Below the pieces are notes generated by a model. It saw nothing but the letters and a program-made list of their open reading frames with translations. It did no database searches and was not told where the DNA came from. Shown here in pieces: positions 1-9,388 of a stretch of DNA of 51,796 bases. The position numbers and the translations under genes are program-made. The DNA comes from Halobacteroidaceae bacterium (lineage in GTDB: Bacteria; Bacillota; Halanaerobiia; B1SED10-174), in NCBI GenBank assembly GCA_003554145.1, contig PWFS01000062.1, forward strand, positions 1 through 51,796. Reading direction: 5' to 3'. Position 1 is the stretch's first letter. Each line of letters opens with the position of its first letter.

Positions 1-549
1 CAGCTCCGCCGGGATAACCGGGAGGGAACCCTTTATAATCTGGTTGGCTTTCAAACCAGGTTGAAATGGCCTGAGCAGAAGAGGGTCTTTCGCCTGATTC
101 CTGGCCTGGAAAAAGCAGAATTTGCCCGCCTGGGGGTGATGCACCGCAACCTTTATATCAATGCCCCCCGGCTATTGCAAAAAACCCTGCAACTCCAGTC
201 CGATCCCCGGGTTTTTTTCGCGGGGCAGATCACCGGGGTGGAAGGTTATCTTGAATCAGCGTTAATGGGGGCCTGGGCCGGAATAAATGCCTGGCTACAG
301 GTAAAGGGGCAGGAGCCTTTAGCTCCCCCCCGGGAAACCGCCTCAGGCAGTCTTATTGATTATATTACTTCCTCGCATAAAAACTTTCAGCCAATAAACA
401 TGAATTTTGGGCTTCTTCCTGCCCCGGAGAAAAGGATAAAGAAAAAAGAAGAACGAAGGAAATATCAGGCTGATAAGGCGGGTACAATTATGGAGGAATT
501 TTTGCACAAAAATAAACTGCTCCAATCGTTCTGTGTCCCTGAAAAGTAA
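1..549 (+). CDS. trmFO: tRNA m5U54 methyltransferase TrmFO/Gid, 5'-truncated by the window edge
   Basis: Frame is open from base 1 ([23 protein letters not shown]); motifs [28 protein letters not shown]; canonical position upstream of hslVU-codY. Confidence 0.96.
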   Translation, partial: QLRRDNREGTLYNLVGFQTRLKWPEQKRVFRLIPGLEKAEFARLGVMHRNLYINAPRLLQKTLQLQSDPRVFFAGQITGVEGYLESALMGAWAGINAWLQVKGQEPLAPPRETASGSLIDYITSSHKNFQPINMNFGLLPAPEKRIKKKEERRKYQADKAGTIMEEFLHKNKLLQSFCVPEK

Positions 550-579
550 AGGAAAATTTTTTCTGGGGAGGTCTGGACT

Positions 580-1113
580 ATGCATTCAACTACGATTATT
601 GCGATAAGAAAAAACGGAAACCTGGCTATTGCTGGTGATGGGCAGGTTACTGTGGGGAATACCATAATGAAAAAAGGGGCCAGCAAAATCCGCCGCTTTT
701 TTGAAGGAGGGGTGGTTGCGGGTTTTGCGGGTGCTTCAGCCGATGCCTTTACCCTTTTTGAAAAATTTGAGGGAAAACTCGAGAGTTATCAGGGAAATTT
801 AAAACGGGCTGCCGTTGAGCTGGCCAAAGAATGGCGTACAGATCGAACCCTGCGCCGACTGGAGGCCCTTTTAATCGTAGCTGATAAAAAAGAGATGTTT
901 ATAATATCTGGAACCGGGGATGTCATAGAACCTGATGACGATATTGCAGCCATAGGATCAGGGGGCCCTTATGCCCTGGCTGCAGCCCGAGCCTTAAGCA
1001 GGTTTGCAACAATGGATGCGGGGGATATTGCCCTGGAAGCCATGCGCATTGCAGCGGATATTTGTATTTATACTAATGATCAAATTGGGGTCGAGGTTGT
1101 GCCCGGGGATTGA
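580..1113 (+). CDS. hslV: ATP-dependent protease peptidase subunit HslV/ClpQ
   Basis: N-terminal [35 protein letters not shown]; SD GGAGG. Confidence 0.97.
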   Translation: MHSTTIIAIRKNGNLAIAGDGQVTVGNTIMKKGASKIRRFFEGGVVAGFAGASADAFTLFEKFEGKLESYQGNLKRAAVELAKEWRTDRTLRRLEALLIVADKKEMFIISGTGDVIEPDDDIAAIGSGGPYALAAARALSRFATMDAGDIALEAMRIAADICIYTNDQIGVEVVPGD

Positions 1114-1230
1114 ACTGTTCAGTCCTGAATAGTTAATAACAATGAAGATCCGGGAACTGTCGATTTTTCCTTTTCCCGGAAAAAATCAATTTTCTGGATT
1201 TCAGAAGATTTTGTTCAAGGAGGTTTGATT

Positions 1231-2619
1231 GTGGAAGATTTGACTCCCCGCCAGACAGTGAATGAACTGGATAAATATATTATCGGGCAGGAACAGGCCA
1301 AAAAAGCGGTGGCCATTGCCCTGCGTAACAGGTACCGGCGGCGTCTTTTGGAAGATGAACTGCGGGATGAAATCCTACCTAAAAATATCCTGATGATTGG
1401 CCCTACCGGGGTGGGAAAAACGGAAATTGCCCGCCGCCTGGCTCGCCTGGTTAAAGCCCCCTTTATTAAAGTGGAGGTCAGCAAATTTACTGAAGTAGGT
1501 TATGTGGGCCGGGATGTGGAATCAATGATTCGTGATCTCCTGGAAACAGCCATCCAAATGGAAAAACAGGAAAAAATAAGAGAAGTAGAGGATAAAGCAG
1601 AGGAACTGGCTGAAGAACGCTTGATGGATTATTTGATGCCAGGACGAAAGAAGTCCAGTAACCCCCTGAATATGTTTTTGAGTTCTTCAGGCCGGGAAGA
1701 AGAAGGAAATGGAGAGGATAATGAAGCCAGGGAAAGAATGAAGTCCAGGCGGGAACGATTGCTGGAAAAACTTCGTTCTGGGGAACTGGAGGAGCCCCCC
1801 ATTGAAATTGAAGTGGAGGCCAGTCATTCCCCCATGCTGGAAATCTTTTCTGGGGCTGGAGTAGAAGAGATGGGCATTAACATGCAGGATCTTTTTGGGG
1901 GGATGTTTCCCCGGAAAAAGAAAAAAAGAAGGGTAAACATCGGGCAGGCCAGAGAAATCCTCAAGCAGCAGGAAGCCCAAAAACTGATTGATATGGATGA
2001 GGTTACTGAAACCGCCCGGGAAAGAGTTCAGGAGAGCGGAATTATCTTCCTGGATGAAATTGATAAAATTACTGGCAAAGATGAAAGTCATGGTCCCGAT
2101 GTATCCCGGGAGGGAGTACAGAGGGATATACTGCCCGTTGTGGAAGGCTCAACGGTAATGACCAAACATGGTCCGGTCAATACTGATCACATCTTATTTA
2201 TAGCTGCCGGGGCTTTTCACATGGCTAAACCTTCCGATTTAATTCCCGAACTGCAGGGGCGCTTCCCCATCAGGGTCGAATTATCCAGTCTCAGTGAGGC
2301 CAATTTCCGGGAAATTTTAACTGAACCTCAGAATGCTTTGATTAAACAGTACGTTGCCCTGCTCCAGGCGGAGGAAGTTGAAATTGAATTTTCGGATGAA
2401 GGAATTGCCCAGCTGGCCCGAATTGCCTTCCTGGCCAATGAACAGATGGAAAATATAGGAGCTCGGCGTCTGCATACCGTTCTGGAGAAATTGCTGGAGG
2501 AAATTTCTTTTGCCGGTCCCGAACTCAAGGGTCAGAAAATAATCATTGATGATGATTTTGTTAAAGATCAGCTGGAGGGGATTATAAAGGATAAAGACCT
2601 TAGCCGATATATTCTTTAA
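1231..2619 (+). CDS. hslU: ATP-dependent protease ATPase subunit HslU/ClpY
   Basis: Walker [21 protein letters not shown], Walker [11 protein letters not shown]-terminal DLSRYIL; GTG at 1231 fits SD AAGGAGGT better than TTG at 1225. Confidence 0.97.
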   Translation: MEDLTPRQTVNELDKYIIGQEQAKKAVAIALRNRYRRRLLEDELRDEILPKNILMIGPTGVGKTEIARRLARLVKAPFIKVEVSKFTEVGYVGRDVESMIRDLLETAIQMEKQEKIREVEDKAEELAEERLMDYLMPGRKKSSNPLNMFLSSSGREEEGNGEDNEARERMKSRRERLLEKLRSGELEEPPIEIEVEASHSPMLEIFSGAGVEEMGINMQDLFGGMFPRKKKKRRVNIGQAREILKQQEAQKLIDMDEVTETARERVQESGIIFLDEIDKITGKDESHGPDVSREGVQRDILPVVEGSTVMTKHGPVNTDHILFIAAGAFHMAKPSDLIPELQGRFPIRVELSSLSEANFREILTEPQNALIKQYVALLQAEEVEIEFSDEGIAQLARIAFLANEQMENIGARRLHTVLEKLLEEISFAGPELKGQKIIIDDDFVKDQLEGIIKDKDLSRYIL

Positions 2620-2736
2620 CTGGATAATTTTTGAGCAGACTCTACTAATTTGGGGGATGATTTTTCTCCGTTTAATCTGGATTGAAAAAATAAAAACACC
2701 TTTTTAAGGGTATTTGTTAAAAGGAGGCTGAAAACA

Positions 2737-3519
2737 ATGGAAAACCTATTGCAGAAAACCCGGCAGTTAAACAATCTTTTGCTGGGGGGAGCAGGAAAGG
2801 CAGTTAGTTTTAAAGAAATGGCCAGTGTTTTGAGTGAAGCCATGGATGCCAATGTTTATGTAATCAGCAAAAAAGGGAAAGTCCTGGGCCATCAACTCCT
2901 GGATCAATTTGAATGTGAAAAAATGATGGAAGAAGTGCTGGAAAAAAAACAATTTCCTGCAGATTTTAATGAAAAATTGTTGGGAATAAATGAAACCCGG
3001 GCTAACATCCAGCAGGAAGATGGTAAGTGTGTTTTTGAATTTCAGGGAGACTGTATTTTTACAACCAAGGTAACAACGGTAGTTCCGGTTAAAGGTGCCG
3101 GGGCTCGATTGGGCACCCTTATCCTGGCCAGATTCAGAAACAATTTTGAGGCAGGAGATTTAATTCTGGCCGAATATGCTGCTGCAGTAGTTGGCATGGA
3201 AATACTGCGATCCCGCAGTGAAAAAATGGAGGAAAAAGCCCGGCGTAAGGCCGCAGTACAGATGGCTTTGGACAGCCTTTCTTTTTCGGAAATGGAAGCG
3301 GTGGAGCATATTTTTGCGGAACTGGATCAAAAAGAAGGTTTGATTGTGGCCAGCAAAATTGCCGATGGAGCTGGAATTACCCGGTCAGTAATTGTTAATG
3401 CCCTGCGAAAATTTGAAAGTGCCGGGGTTATCGAGTCCCGGTCCCTGGGAATGAAAGGAACCTACATTAAAGTTTTAAATGAGTTTTTGCTGGAGGAAAT
3501 TGAAAAGATTGATCTTTAG
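2737..3519 (+). CDS. codY: GTP/branched-chain amino acid-sensing regulator CodY
   Basis: C-terminal wHTH ASKIADGAGITRSVIVNALRKFESAGVIESRSLGMKGT; N-terminal GAF-like domain; follows hslU. Confidence 0.98.
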   Translation: MENLLQKTRQLNNLLLGGAGKAVSFKEMASVLSEAMDANVYVISKKGKVLGHQLLDQFECEKMMEEVLEKKQFPADFNEKLLGINETRANIQQEDGKCVFEFQGDCIFTTKVTTVVPVKGAGARLGTLILARFRNNFEAGDLILAEYAAAVVGMEILRSRSEKMEEKARRKAAVQMALDSLSFSEMEAVEHIFAELDQKEGLIVASKIADGAGITRSVIVNALRKFESAGVIESRSLGMKGTYIKVLNEFLLEEIEKIDL

Positions 3520-3544
3520 ATATAAAGAGGAAGGAGCAATTTAA

Positions 3545-4189
3545 ATGGTCAATCCAATAGACAAGTTGACTCCTTTTCAAATTGATGCCCTGCGAGAGCT
3601 TGGGAATATTGGGGCGGGTAATACCGCTACCGCTCTGGCCCAGTTTCTGGAAAGAGAAATCCACATGGAAGTCCCTGCTGCTCGCATCCTGCCCCTGGAG
3701 GAAGTGCCCCAGATTATGGGGGTAGAAGAGCGGCGGGTGGGATGCGTACTGCTGCGGATACTCGGAGAAGCTCCGGGGAAAATGGTTTTTTTGATTGAAG
3801 AAGAGTGCCTGCGCCGGTTGTTAACCCTGGTTTTTGGGGAAGAACCTGATGACCTGGAGGGGGAACTGGAAAGGTCTGCCCTCCAGGAAATAGCGAATAT
3901 TCTCTCGGGCTCTTTTCTTAACTCTATTAATAAGATGACCGGTTTAAGTTGCGTACAGTCATTACCCAATTATGCCATGGATATGGCCGAGGCCATCCTT
4001 AGTTCAATTGCTGCTTATCAAGGGCAGTTTGGAGATCACGTTTTATTCCTGGAAACTTCTTTTTCTGAAGGCGATAATCAAATTTTTAGCAAGTTTTTTC
4101 TTATTCCCGAACCAGGAAGTCTGGAGCAGATCCTGGAAGCAATTGGAGCTGAATCTGATGAGCAAGATAATTCCGGTCCGAATGGGTGA
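3545..4189 (+). CDS. cheC: CheY-P phosphatase CheC
   Basis: Two intact phosphatase motifs DALRELGNIGAG and SALQEIANILSG; paired with cheD. Confidence 0.93.
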   Translation: MVNPIDKLTPFQIDALRELGNIGAGNTATALAQFLEREIHMEVPAARILPLEEVPQIMGVEERRVGCVLLRILGEAPGKMVFLIEEECLRRLLTLVFGEEPDDLEGELERSALQEIANILSGSFLNSINKMTGLSCVQSLPNYAMDMAEAILSSIAAYQGQFGDHVLFLETSFSEGDNQIFSKFFLIPEPGSLEQILEAIGAESDEQDNSGPNG

Positions 4190-4646
4190 ATTAAAAATAG
4201 ATAAAAAACCACAAAAACTGGGGTGTAATGGCCTGGGTTCCTGTATTGGCCTGATAATTTATGATGAGTTCAGGAAAATAGGGGGGCTGGCCCATATAAT
4301 ATTGCCCACAGGAAGAAAAAACGGAAATAATGAACAGAAACCAGGGAAATATGCGGACCTGGCTATTCCCCATTTAATTGAAGAACTGGGGTCAGCGGGA
4401 GCCCATCCACGCCGTTTATGGGCAAAAATGGCCGGGGGAGCCCACATGTTTTCCCTGGAATCAGATAATGATATCAGCCGCATAGGAGAACGCAATATTG
4501 AAGCAGTTCGGGAGATATTAAAACAGTACAAAATACCGGTAAAAGCCATGGATGTGGGAGGGAAATCCGGAAGAACAATTGTTTTTTATCTCAGCTCGGG
4601 AGAGTTAAAAATTAAAACCTTTCAAAAAGGTGAGAAAACATTATAA
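4158..4646 (+). CDS. cheD: Chemoreceptor glutamine deamidase CheD
   Basis: GLGSCIG (catalytic Cys), GGLAHIILP (His), KYAD, AKMAGGAHMF, IGERN; likely start ATG 4158 (MSKIIPVRMGE), overlapping the cheC end. Confidence 0.94.
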   Translation: MSKIIPVRMGELKIDKKPQKLGCNGLGSCIGLIIYDEFRKIGGLAHIILPTGRKNGNNEQKPGKYADLAIPHLIEELGSAGAHPRRLWAKMAGGAHMFSLESDNDISRIGERNIEAVREILKQYKIPVKAMDVGGKSGRTIVFYLSSGELKIKTFQKGEKTL

Positions 4647-4660
4647 AGGTTACCGGGCTA

Positions 4661-4689
4661 TTGATAAATAAGGGCTGCTGTGGTATACT
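4661..4689 (+). promoter_or_regulatory. sigmaA promoter of rpsB-tsf
   Basis: TTGATA (4661-4666), 17 bp spacer, TATACT (4684-4689) with extended -10 TG. Confidence 0.75.
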
Positions 4690-4702
4690 ACCTAAGGGTT
4701 AA

Positions 4703-4790
4703 AAACACATGATCCGCAACTCCAGGGGTGGTGCCCGCCAGGGTTCCCCGGGATGGGGATGACCGGATCAGAGGAAAAACCGAGAGGAGG
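4703..4790 (+). ncRNA. rpsB 5' leader (S2 autoregulatory / t44-like structure)
   Basis: ACAC start, TGATCCG (4710-4716) pairs with CGGATCA (4764-4770) enclosing GGGGTGGTGCCC, followed by GAGG; layout resembles known rpsB leaders. Confidence 0.6.
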
Positions 4791-4801
4791 AAATTTATCA
4801 A

Positions 4802-5605
4802 ATGGCAGTGGTTACAATGAAACAGCTGCTGGAATCGGGTGTTCACTTCGGACATCAGACCCGGCGGTGGAATCCCAAGATGAAACCCTATATTTTTACC
4901 GAGCGTAACGGGATATACATCGTCGATCTGCAGCAAACGGTTAAAATGGTTGAGGTGGCCCATAATTTTGTGCGGGACCTGGCCATGGAGGGTAAGGAAG
5001 TTCTTTTCGTGGGAACCAAGAAGCAAGCCCAGGAAACAGTAAAAAAAGAAGCGGAAAGATGTGGCATGCCCTATGTAAATCAGCGCTGGCTGGGGGGGAT
5101 GCTGACCAACTTTGCCACAATAAGTAAACGGATCCGTCGGCTGGAGGAACTGGAAAAAATGGATGAGGAGGGACTGTTTGAAGTCCTCCCTAAGAAAGAA
5201 GTAATTCAACTGCAAAAAGAAAAAGAACGCCTGAACCGTTTCCTGGGAGGAATTCGCCACATGAAAAGGTTACCCCATGCGGTTTACGTGGTGGACCCCC
5301 GCAAGGAAAGTATTGCAGTTGCTGAAGCAAATAAGCTGGGAATCCCGGTGGTTGCAATTGTTGACACTAACTGTGACCCCGATGTAATTGATTATATTAT
5401 TCCGGGTAATGATGATGCTATTCGAGCAGTTAAGCTCTTAACTGGAGTAATGGCTGATGCTGTATTAGAGGGTAATCAAGGGCGGGAAGTTCAAATGCCC
5501 GAAACCGATGAAGAAGTAGAAGCCGGAGAAGAGAGCTCTGTGGAGGGTGAAAAGGACCTGGAAGAGTTAAAAAAAGAAACTAATGAACAGGAAAAAGCTG
5601 AATAA
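4802..5605 (+). CDS. rpsB: 30S ribosomal protein S2
   Basis: [33 protein letters not shown]. Confidence 0.99.
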   Translation: MAVVTMKQLLESGVHFGHQTRRWNPKMKPYIFTERNGIYIVDLQQTVKMVEVAHNFVRDLAMEGKEVLFVGTKKQAQETVKKEAERCGMPYVNQRWLGGMLTNFATISKRIRRLEELEKMDEEGLFEVLPKKEVIQLQKEKERLNRFLGGIRHMKRLPHAVYVVDPRKESIAVAEANKLGIPVVAIVDTNCDPDVIDYIIPGNDDAIRAVKLLTGVMADAVLEGNQGREVQMPETDEEVEAGEESSVEGEKDLEELKKETNEQEKAE

Positions 5606-5620
5606 GGGGGGGGAATTTAA

Positions 5621-6220
5621 GTGGCAATTACCATGGAAACCGTAAAAAAACTTCGTCAGAAAACCGGGGCCGGGGTTATGGATTGCAAAAAGGCCCTGCA
5701 GGAAACCGGTGGCGATATAGATAAAGCTGTGGAGTACCTGAGGGAAAAAGGTATTGCTGCGGCTGAAAAGAAAGCGGGGCGAACTGCGGCTGAAGGATTG
5801 GTGGGCTCCTATATTCACATGGGTGGGAAAATTGGAGTTCTAATTGAAGTTAACTGTGAAACGGATTTCGTTGCCAAGACTGAAGAATTCAAGGCTCTGG
5901 TCCATAATCTGGCCATGCAGGTTGCTGCCAGCCAGCCTGATTATGTTTCCCGGGAAGACATTCCTGGGGAAATAATTGATAGGGAAAAAAGTATCCTCCG
6001 TCAGCAGGCGCTGGAAGAAAACAAACCGGAACATGTTATAGAGAAAATGGTAGAGGGCAGGCTGGAAAAGTTTTTTGAAAACGTCTGCTTGCTGGAACAG
6101 CCCTTTATCAAAGATACTGATCAAAAGGTCAGGGAACTTTTAAAAGAAAATATAGCTCAACTGGGTGAGAACATTGTGATCAACCGCTTTTCCCGCTTTG
6201 CGGTGGGGGAAGAGGAATAG
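5621..6220 (+). CDS. tsf: Elongation factor Ts (short ~200 aa type)
   Basis: [26 protein letters not shown]; follows rpsB. Confidence 0.98.
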   Translation: MAITMETVKKLRQKTGAGVMDCKKALQETGGDIDKAVEYLREKGIAAAEKKAGRTAAEGLVGSYIHMGGKIGVLIEVNCETDFVAKTEEFKALVHNLAMQVAASQPDYVSREDIPGEIIDREKSILRQQALEENKPEHVIEKMVEGRLEKFFENVCLLEQPFIKDTDQKVRELLKENIAQLGENIVINRFSRFAVGEEE

Positions 6221-6230
6221 TAAAAGATTT

Positions 6231-6260
6231 AAGAGAGCACCTCTGGTGTTCTCTTTTTTT
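6231..6260 (+). terminator. Intrinsic terminator after tsf
   Basis: AGAGAGCAC-ctctg-GTGTTCTCT stem followed by a T-tract. Confidence 0.7.
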
Positions 6261-6310
6261 GCAGGATTATGCTATTAAAAGGCGAAAAAAAATAAAATGG
6301 GGGACAGTTT

Positions 6311-7027
6311 ATGGCTAAAGCGCTTTTTTCCAGGGTTATTTTGAAGCTGAGCGGGGAGGCCCTGGCGGGAGAACAGGAATTTGGGATTGATGCCCGGTAT
6401 ATCAGTCTGATAGCCGGGGAGATAAGGAAGACTGTACGTGAAACCGGTGTTGAAATTGCTATTGTAGTTGGTGGGGGGAATATTTTCCGTGGTCTCGCCG
6501 GTAGTGCGGAAGGGATGGATCGGAGCACTGCTGATTATATGGGAATGCTGGCCACGGTAATCAATGGCCTGGCCCTGCAGGATGCACTGGAACATGAAGG
6601 ATTGCAAACCCGGCTGCAGACTGCAGTGGAAATGAGGCAAATTGCTGAACCTTATATCAGACGCCGGGCAATCAGACACCTGGAAAAGGGTAGAATTGTA
6701 ATCTTTTCCGGAGGGACGGGAAATCCCTTTTTCTCGACCGATACAACAGCTGCCCTGCGAGCTGCTGAAATTGGGGCCGATGCAATTTTAATGGCAAAAA
6801 AGGTTGATGGAGTGTACGATTCAGATCCGGTCAGCAATCCCGAGGCAACCAGGTATACAGAACTCACCTATATGGATGTAATAAAGAAATCCCTGCGAGT
6901 AATGGATTCTACAGCAGTTTCGCTCTGTATGGATAATGAAATTCCCCTTATAGTTTTTGGACTTGCCGATCTGGACAATATTAAGCGGGCGGTGATGGGC
7001 GAAAAAATTGGAACTTCTGTTTCCTAA
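6311..7027 (+). CDS. pyrH: UMP kinase
   Basis: [35 protein letters not shown]. Confidence 0.98.
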   Translation: MAKALFSRVILKLSGEALAGEQEFGIDARYISLIAGEIRKTVRETGVEIAIVVGGGNIFRGLAGSAEGMDRSTADYMGMLATVINGLALQDALEHEGLQTRLQTAVEMRQIAEPYIRRRAIRHLEKGRIVIFSGGTGNPFFSTDTTAALRAAEIGADAILMAKKVDGVYDSDPVSNPEATRYTELTYMDVIKKSLRVMDSTAVSLCMDNEIPLIVFGLADLDNIKRAVMGEKIGTSVS

Positions 7028-7041
7028 AAGGAGGCTTTGTT

Positions 7042-7599
7042 ATGTTTGATGAGGTGGTAAAAGAATCGGAAAACAGGATGCAAAAAGTTATTGAGAGGTC
7101 CAAAAAAGAATTTGCTACGATCCGAACCGGGCGGGCTACCCCTTCTCTTCTGGAGGGGATAAAAGCTGACTATTATGGTGTGCCCACTCCCCTTAATCAA
7201 ATGGCCAAAATTTCTGTTCCCGAACCACGGCAGCTTATTATTCAGCCCTGGGATAAAAATGCAATCAAGCCTATTGAAAAAGCAATTTTAAAATCCGATC
7301 TCGGTCTCAATCCTAATGTTGATAGTGACCTGATCCGGCTTGTTATCCCCCAGTTAACCGAAGAACGTCGTAAGGAGCTGGTTCGGGTAGTTCGCAAAAA
7401 AGCAGAGGAGCAGCGGGTTGGCATTCGCAATATTCGTCGTGAGGCCAATGAAACTCTCAAAGAAATGGAGAGTGACGGGGATATATCGGAAGATAATTAT
7501 CACCGGGGATTGGAAAATGTTCAGGAATTGACCAATGATTATATTGAAAAAATTGACGAACTCCTGGAGGAAAAAGAAGCTGAAATAATGGAGGTTTAA
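7042..7599 (+). CDS. frr: Ribosome recycling factor
   Basis: IRTGRATP, LTEERRKELV, IRNIRR. Confidence 0.98.
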   Translation: MFDEVVKESENRMQKVIERSKKEFATIRTGRATPSLLEGIKADYYGVPTPLNQMAKISVPEPRQLIIQPWDKNAIKPIEKAILKSDLGLNPNVDSDLIRLVIPQLTEERRKELVRVVRKKAEEQRVGIRNIRREANETLKEMESDGDISEDNYHRGLENVQELTNDYIEKIDELLEEKEAEIMEV

Positions 7600-7600
7600 T

Positions 7601-7813
7601 ATGGGCAGCCTTATAGGGATTACTGCAGGAGAGGCCAGGCAAATTCCTTCGAAAAAACCTATGGTATTTCAAATTACTGGTGGAGAAAAAAGCACCCGGT
7701 TCCGGGATGATTTGCGAATAATTCGAGTGATCAATTATCCAGAAAAAATTGAATGTGTTCTGGCTGACCCCTGTTATCCCCAGGACAAGACCCCCTCTTC
7801 TGGAGGGGGTTAG
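7601..7813 (+). CDS. Small hypothetical protein (70 aa) between frr and uppS
   Basis: ATG 1 nt after the frr stop with GGAGG SD inside the frr 3' end; fills the gap to uppS; no family recognised. Confidence 0.55.
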   Translation: MGSLIGITAGEARQIPSKKPMVFQITGGEKSTRFRDDLRIIRVINYPEKIECVLADPCYPQDKTPSSGGG

Positions 7814-7848
7814 CTGATAAGGGAGGAGTTAAAATCAATAGGGAAGAA

Positions 7849-8568
7849 GTGGAAAAATGGCAGGAAGAATTAAAAAAGGAAAAACTCCCCCGCCATGTAG
7901 CCATTATAATGGATGGAAATGGGCGCTGGGCTCAGAAAAAGGGCTTAAGCCGGAATAAAGGGCATCGTCAGGGGGTAGAAACCCTCAAGAAAGTGGTGCG
8001 AACCTGTGGAGAAATGGGGATCTCTTTTTTAACGGTTTTTGCGTTTTCAACGGAAAACTGGGATCGACCCCGCAATGAAGTTCTGTTTTTAATGGATCTT
8101 TTTCATCGGACTTTTAAAAAAGAGGCCCGGGAATTAATTGCCAACCGGGTCCGAGTTGTTTTTATTGGCTACCGCAGTGGCCTTTCCCGGGATCTGCAGG
8201 AAACCATGAACAATATAGAAAAAGATACTCGCTCCTGTGATGGAATTCAGTTGAATATTGCTTTGAATTATGGGGGCCGACAGGAAATAATGGAAGCCGC
8301 TCGGGCTTTAGTGGATAGGGGAGATAGGGATTTTTCCCAGGAAGAGTTCAGTGGAAATCTTTTTTCTGCTCCCTGCCCTGATGTGGATCTGCTGATTCGT
8401 CCGGGGGGAGAAATGCGATTGAGTAACTTCCTGCTCTGGCAGTCCGCTTATGCTGAATTATATTTTACACCGGTTTTATGGCCTGATTTTTCGGAAACCG
8501 ACCTGTACCAGGCGGTGCAGGATTTTCAAAAAAGGCAAAGGAGATTTGGCGGGGTGGGGGGTGAATAG
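7849..8568 (+). CDS. uppS: Undecaprenyl diphosphate synthase
   Basis: HVAIIMDGNGRWA, FAFSTENW, NYGGRQE, DLLIRPGGEMRLSNFLLWQ. Confidence 0.97.
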   Translation: MEKWQEELKKEKLPRHVAIIMDGNGRWAQKKGLSRNKGHRQGVETLKKVVRTCGEMGISFLTVFAFSTENWDRPRNEVLFLMDLFHRTFKKEARELIANRVRVVFIGYRSGLSRDLQETMNNIEKDTRSCDGIQLNIALNYGGRQEIMEAARALVDRGDRDFSQEEFSGNLFSAPCPDVDLLIRPGGEMRLSNFLLWQSAYAELYFTPVLWPDFSETDLYQAVQDFQKRQRRFGGVGGE

Positions 8569-8569
8569 T

Positions 8570-9376
8570 TTGCTGCAGAAAAGAATTTTAACCGGCCTTA
8601 TTCTGTTTGGCCTGGTAGCATTTTTGATCTGGCAGGGAGGATTGTGGATTGCCGGGGGGATCCTGGTCATAGTGCTTCTGGCCCTGTGGGAATATGGAGC
8701 CCTGATGAAAAAACTTCTGGAGGGAGTAGATACCTGGATTTTATTCCCCCCCGGGATAGGAATTATTGGGGCTGTGACCTGGAGAGTGGAAACAGGAGAG
8801 GATTATCTGCCGGTGGTTTTGTTTCTGGGGTTGTTGCTGATTCTTATTTTTAATATTAAGAGAGGACCCGCTGGATATTTTCTCCGGGTGGCTCTACTCG
8901 TTTTTGGACTTTTTTATATTCCTTTTACCCTGAGTCATGCCCTTTTATTAAGGGGTGGGGTGGCTATCAGCAGCTTTAATCCCTGGCATTTAATCTGGGC
9001 GCCCCTACTGGTAACCTGGGTAACTGATATTGCAGCTTTTTTTATCGGTTCGACCTGGGGCAAGACTCCCCTATCTCCGGCCATAAGTCCCAAAAAATCC
9101 GTGGAAGGGGCCCTGGGGGGAGGGATTCTGGGGATTGGAGTCCTTCTAATTCTGGCCCTGATTTTACAATGGCCTCTGCTTCCCTTTTTGGTCCTGGGAA
9201 TTTTAATGGTTATTACAGGACAACTGGGGGATCTGGTGGAATCCTGTATCAAACGCAATGCGGGGGCTAAAGATTCCGGAAATATTCTACCGGGGCACGG
9301 CGGTTTTTTGGATCGAATAGATAGCGTAATTATTAATTTGCCCCTGGCTTATTATTTTATGGTTTTTTTCCTTTAG
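8570..9376 (+). CDS. cdsA: Phosphatidate cytidylyltransferase
   Basis: ISPKKSVEG, GDLVESCIKR, KDSGNILPGHGGFLDRIDS; start TTG 8570 or GTG 8561 rather than 8450. Confidence 0.95.
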   Translation: MLQKRILTGLILFGLVAFLIWQGGLWIAGGILVIVLLALWEYGALMKKLLEGVDTWILFPPGIGIIGAVTWRVETGEDYLPVVLFLGLLLILIFNIKRGPAGYFLRVALLVFGLFYIPFTLSHALLLRGGVAISSFNPWHLIWAPLLVTWVTDIAAFFIGSTWGKTPLSPAISPKKSVEGALGGGILGIGVLLILALILQWPLLPFLVLGILMVITGQLGDLVESCIKRNAGAKDSGNILPGHGGFLDRIDSVIINLPLAYYFMVFFL

Positions 9377-9388
9377 GAGGGGAGAAAT

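Noticed and set aside
580-600. HslV begins MHSTT rather than MTT
   Set aside because: Short N-terminal extensions before the catalytic residue are usual in Firmicute ClpQ/HslV
2620-2736. CodY box directly upstream of codY
   Set aside because: The best alignments to AATTTTCWGAAAATT have too many mismatches
5621-6220. EF-Ts only 199 aa, possibly truncated
   Set aside because: The short EF-Ts type is well known in several lineages; the gene has a clean stop and terminator
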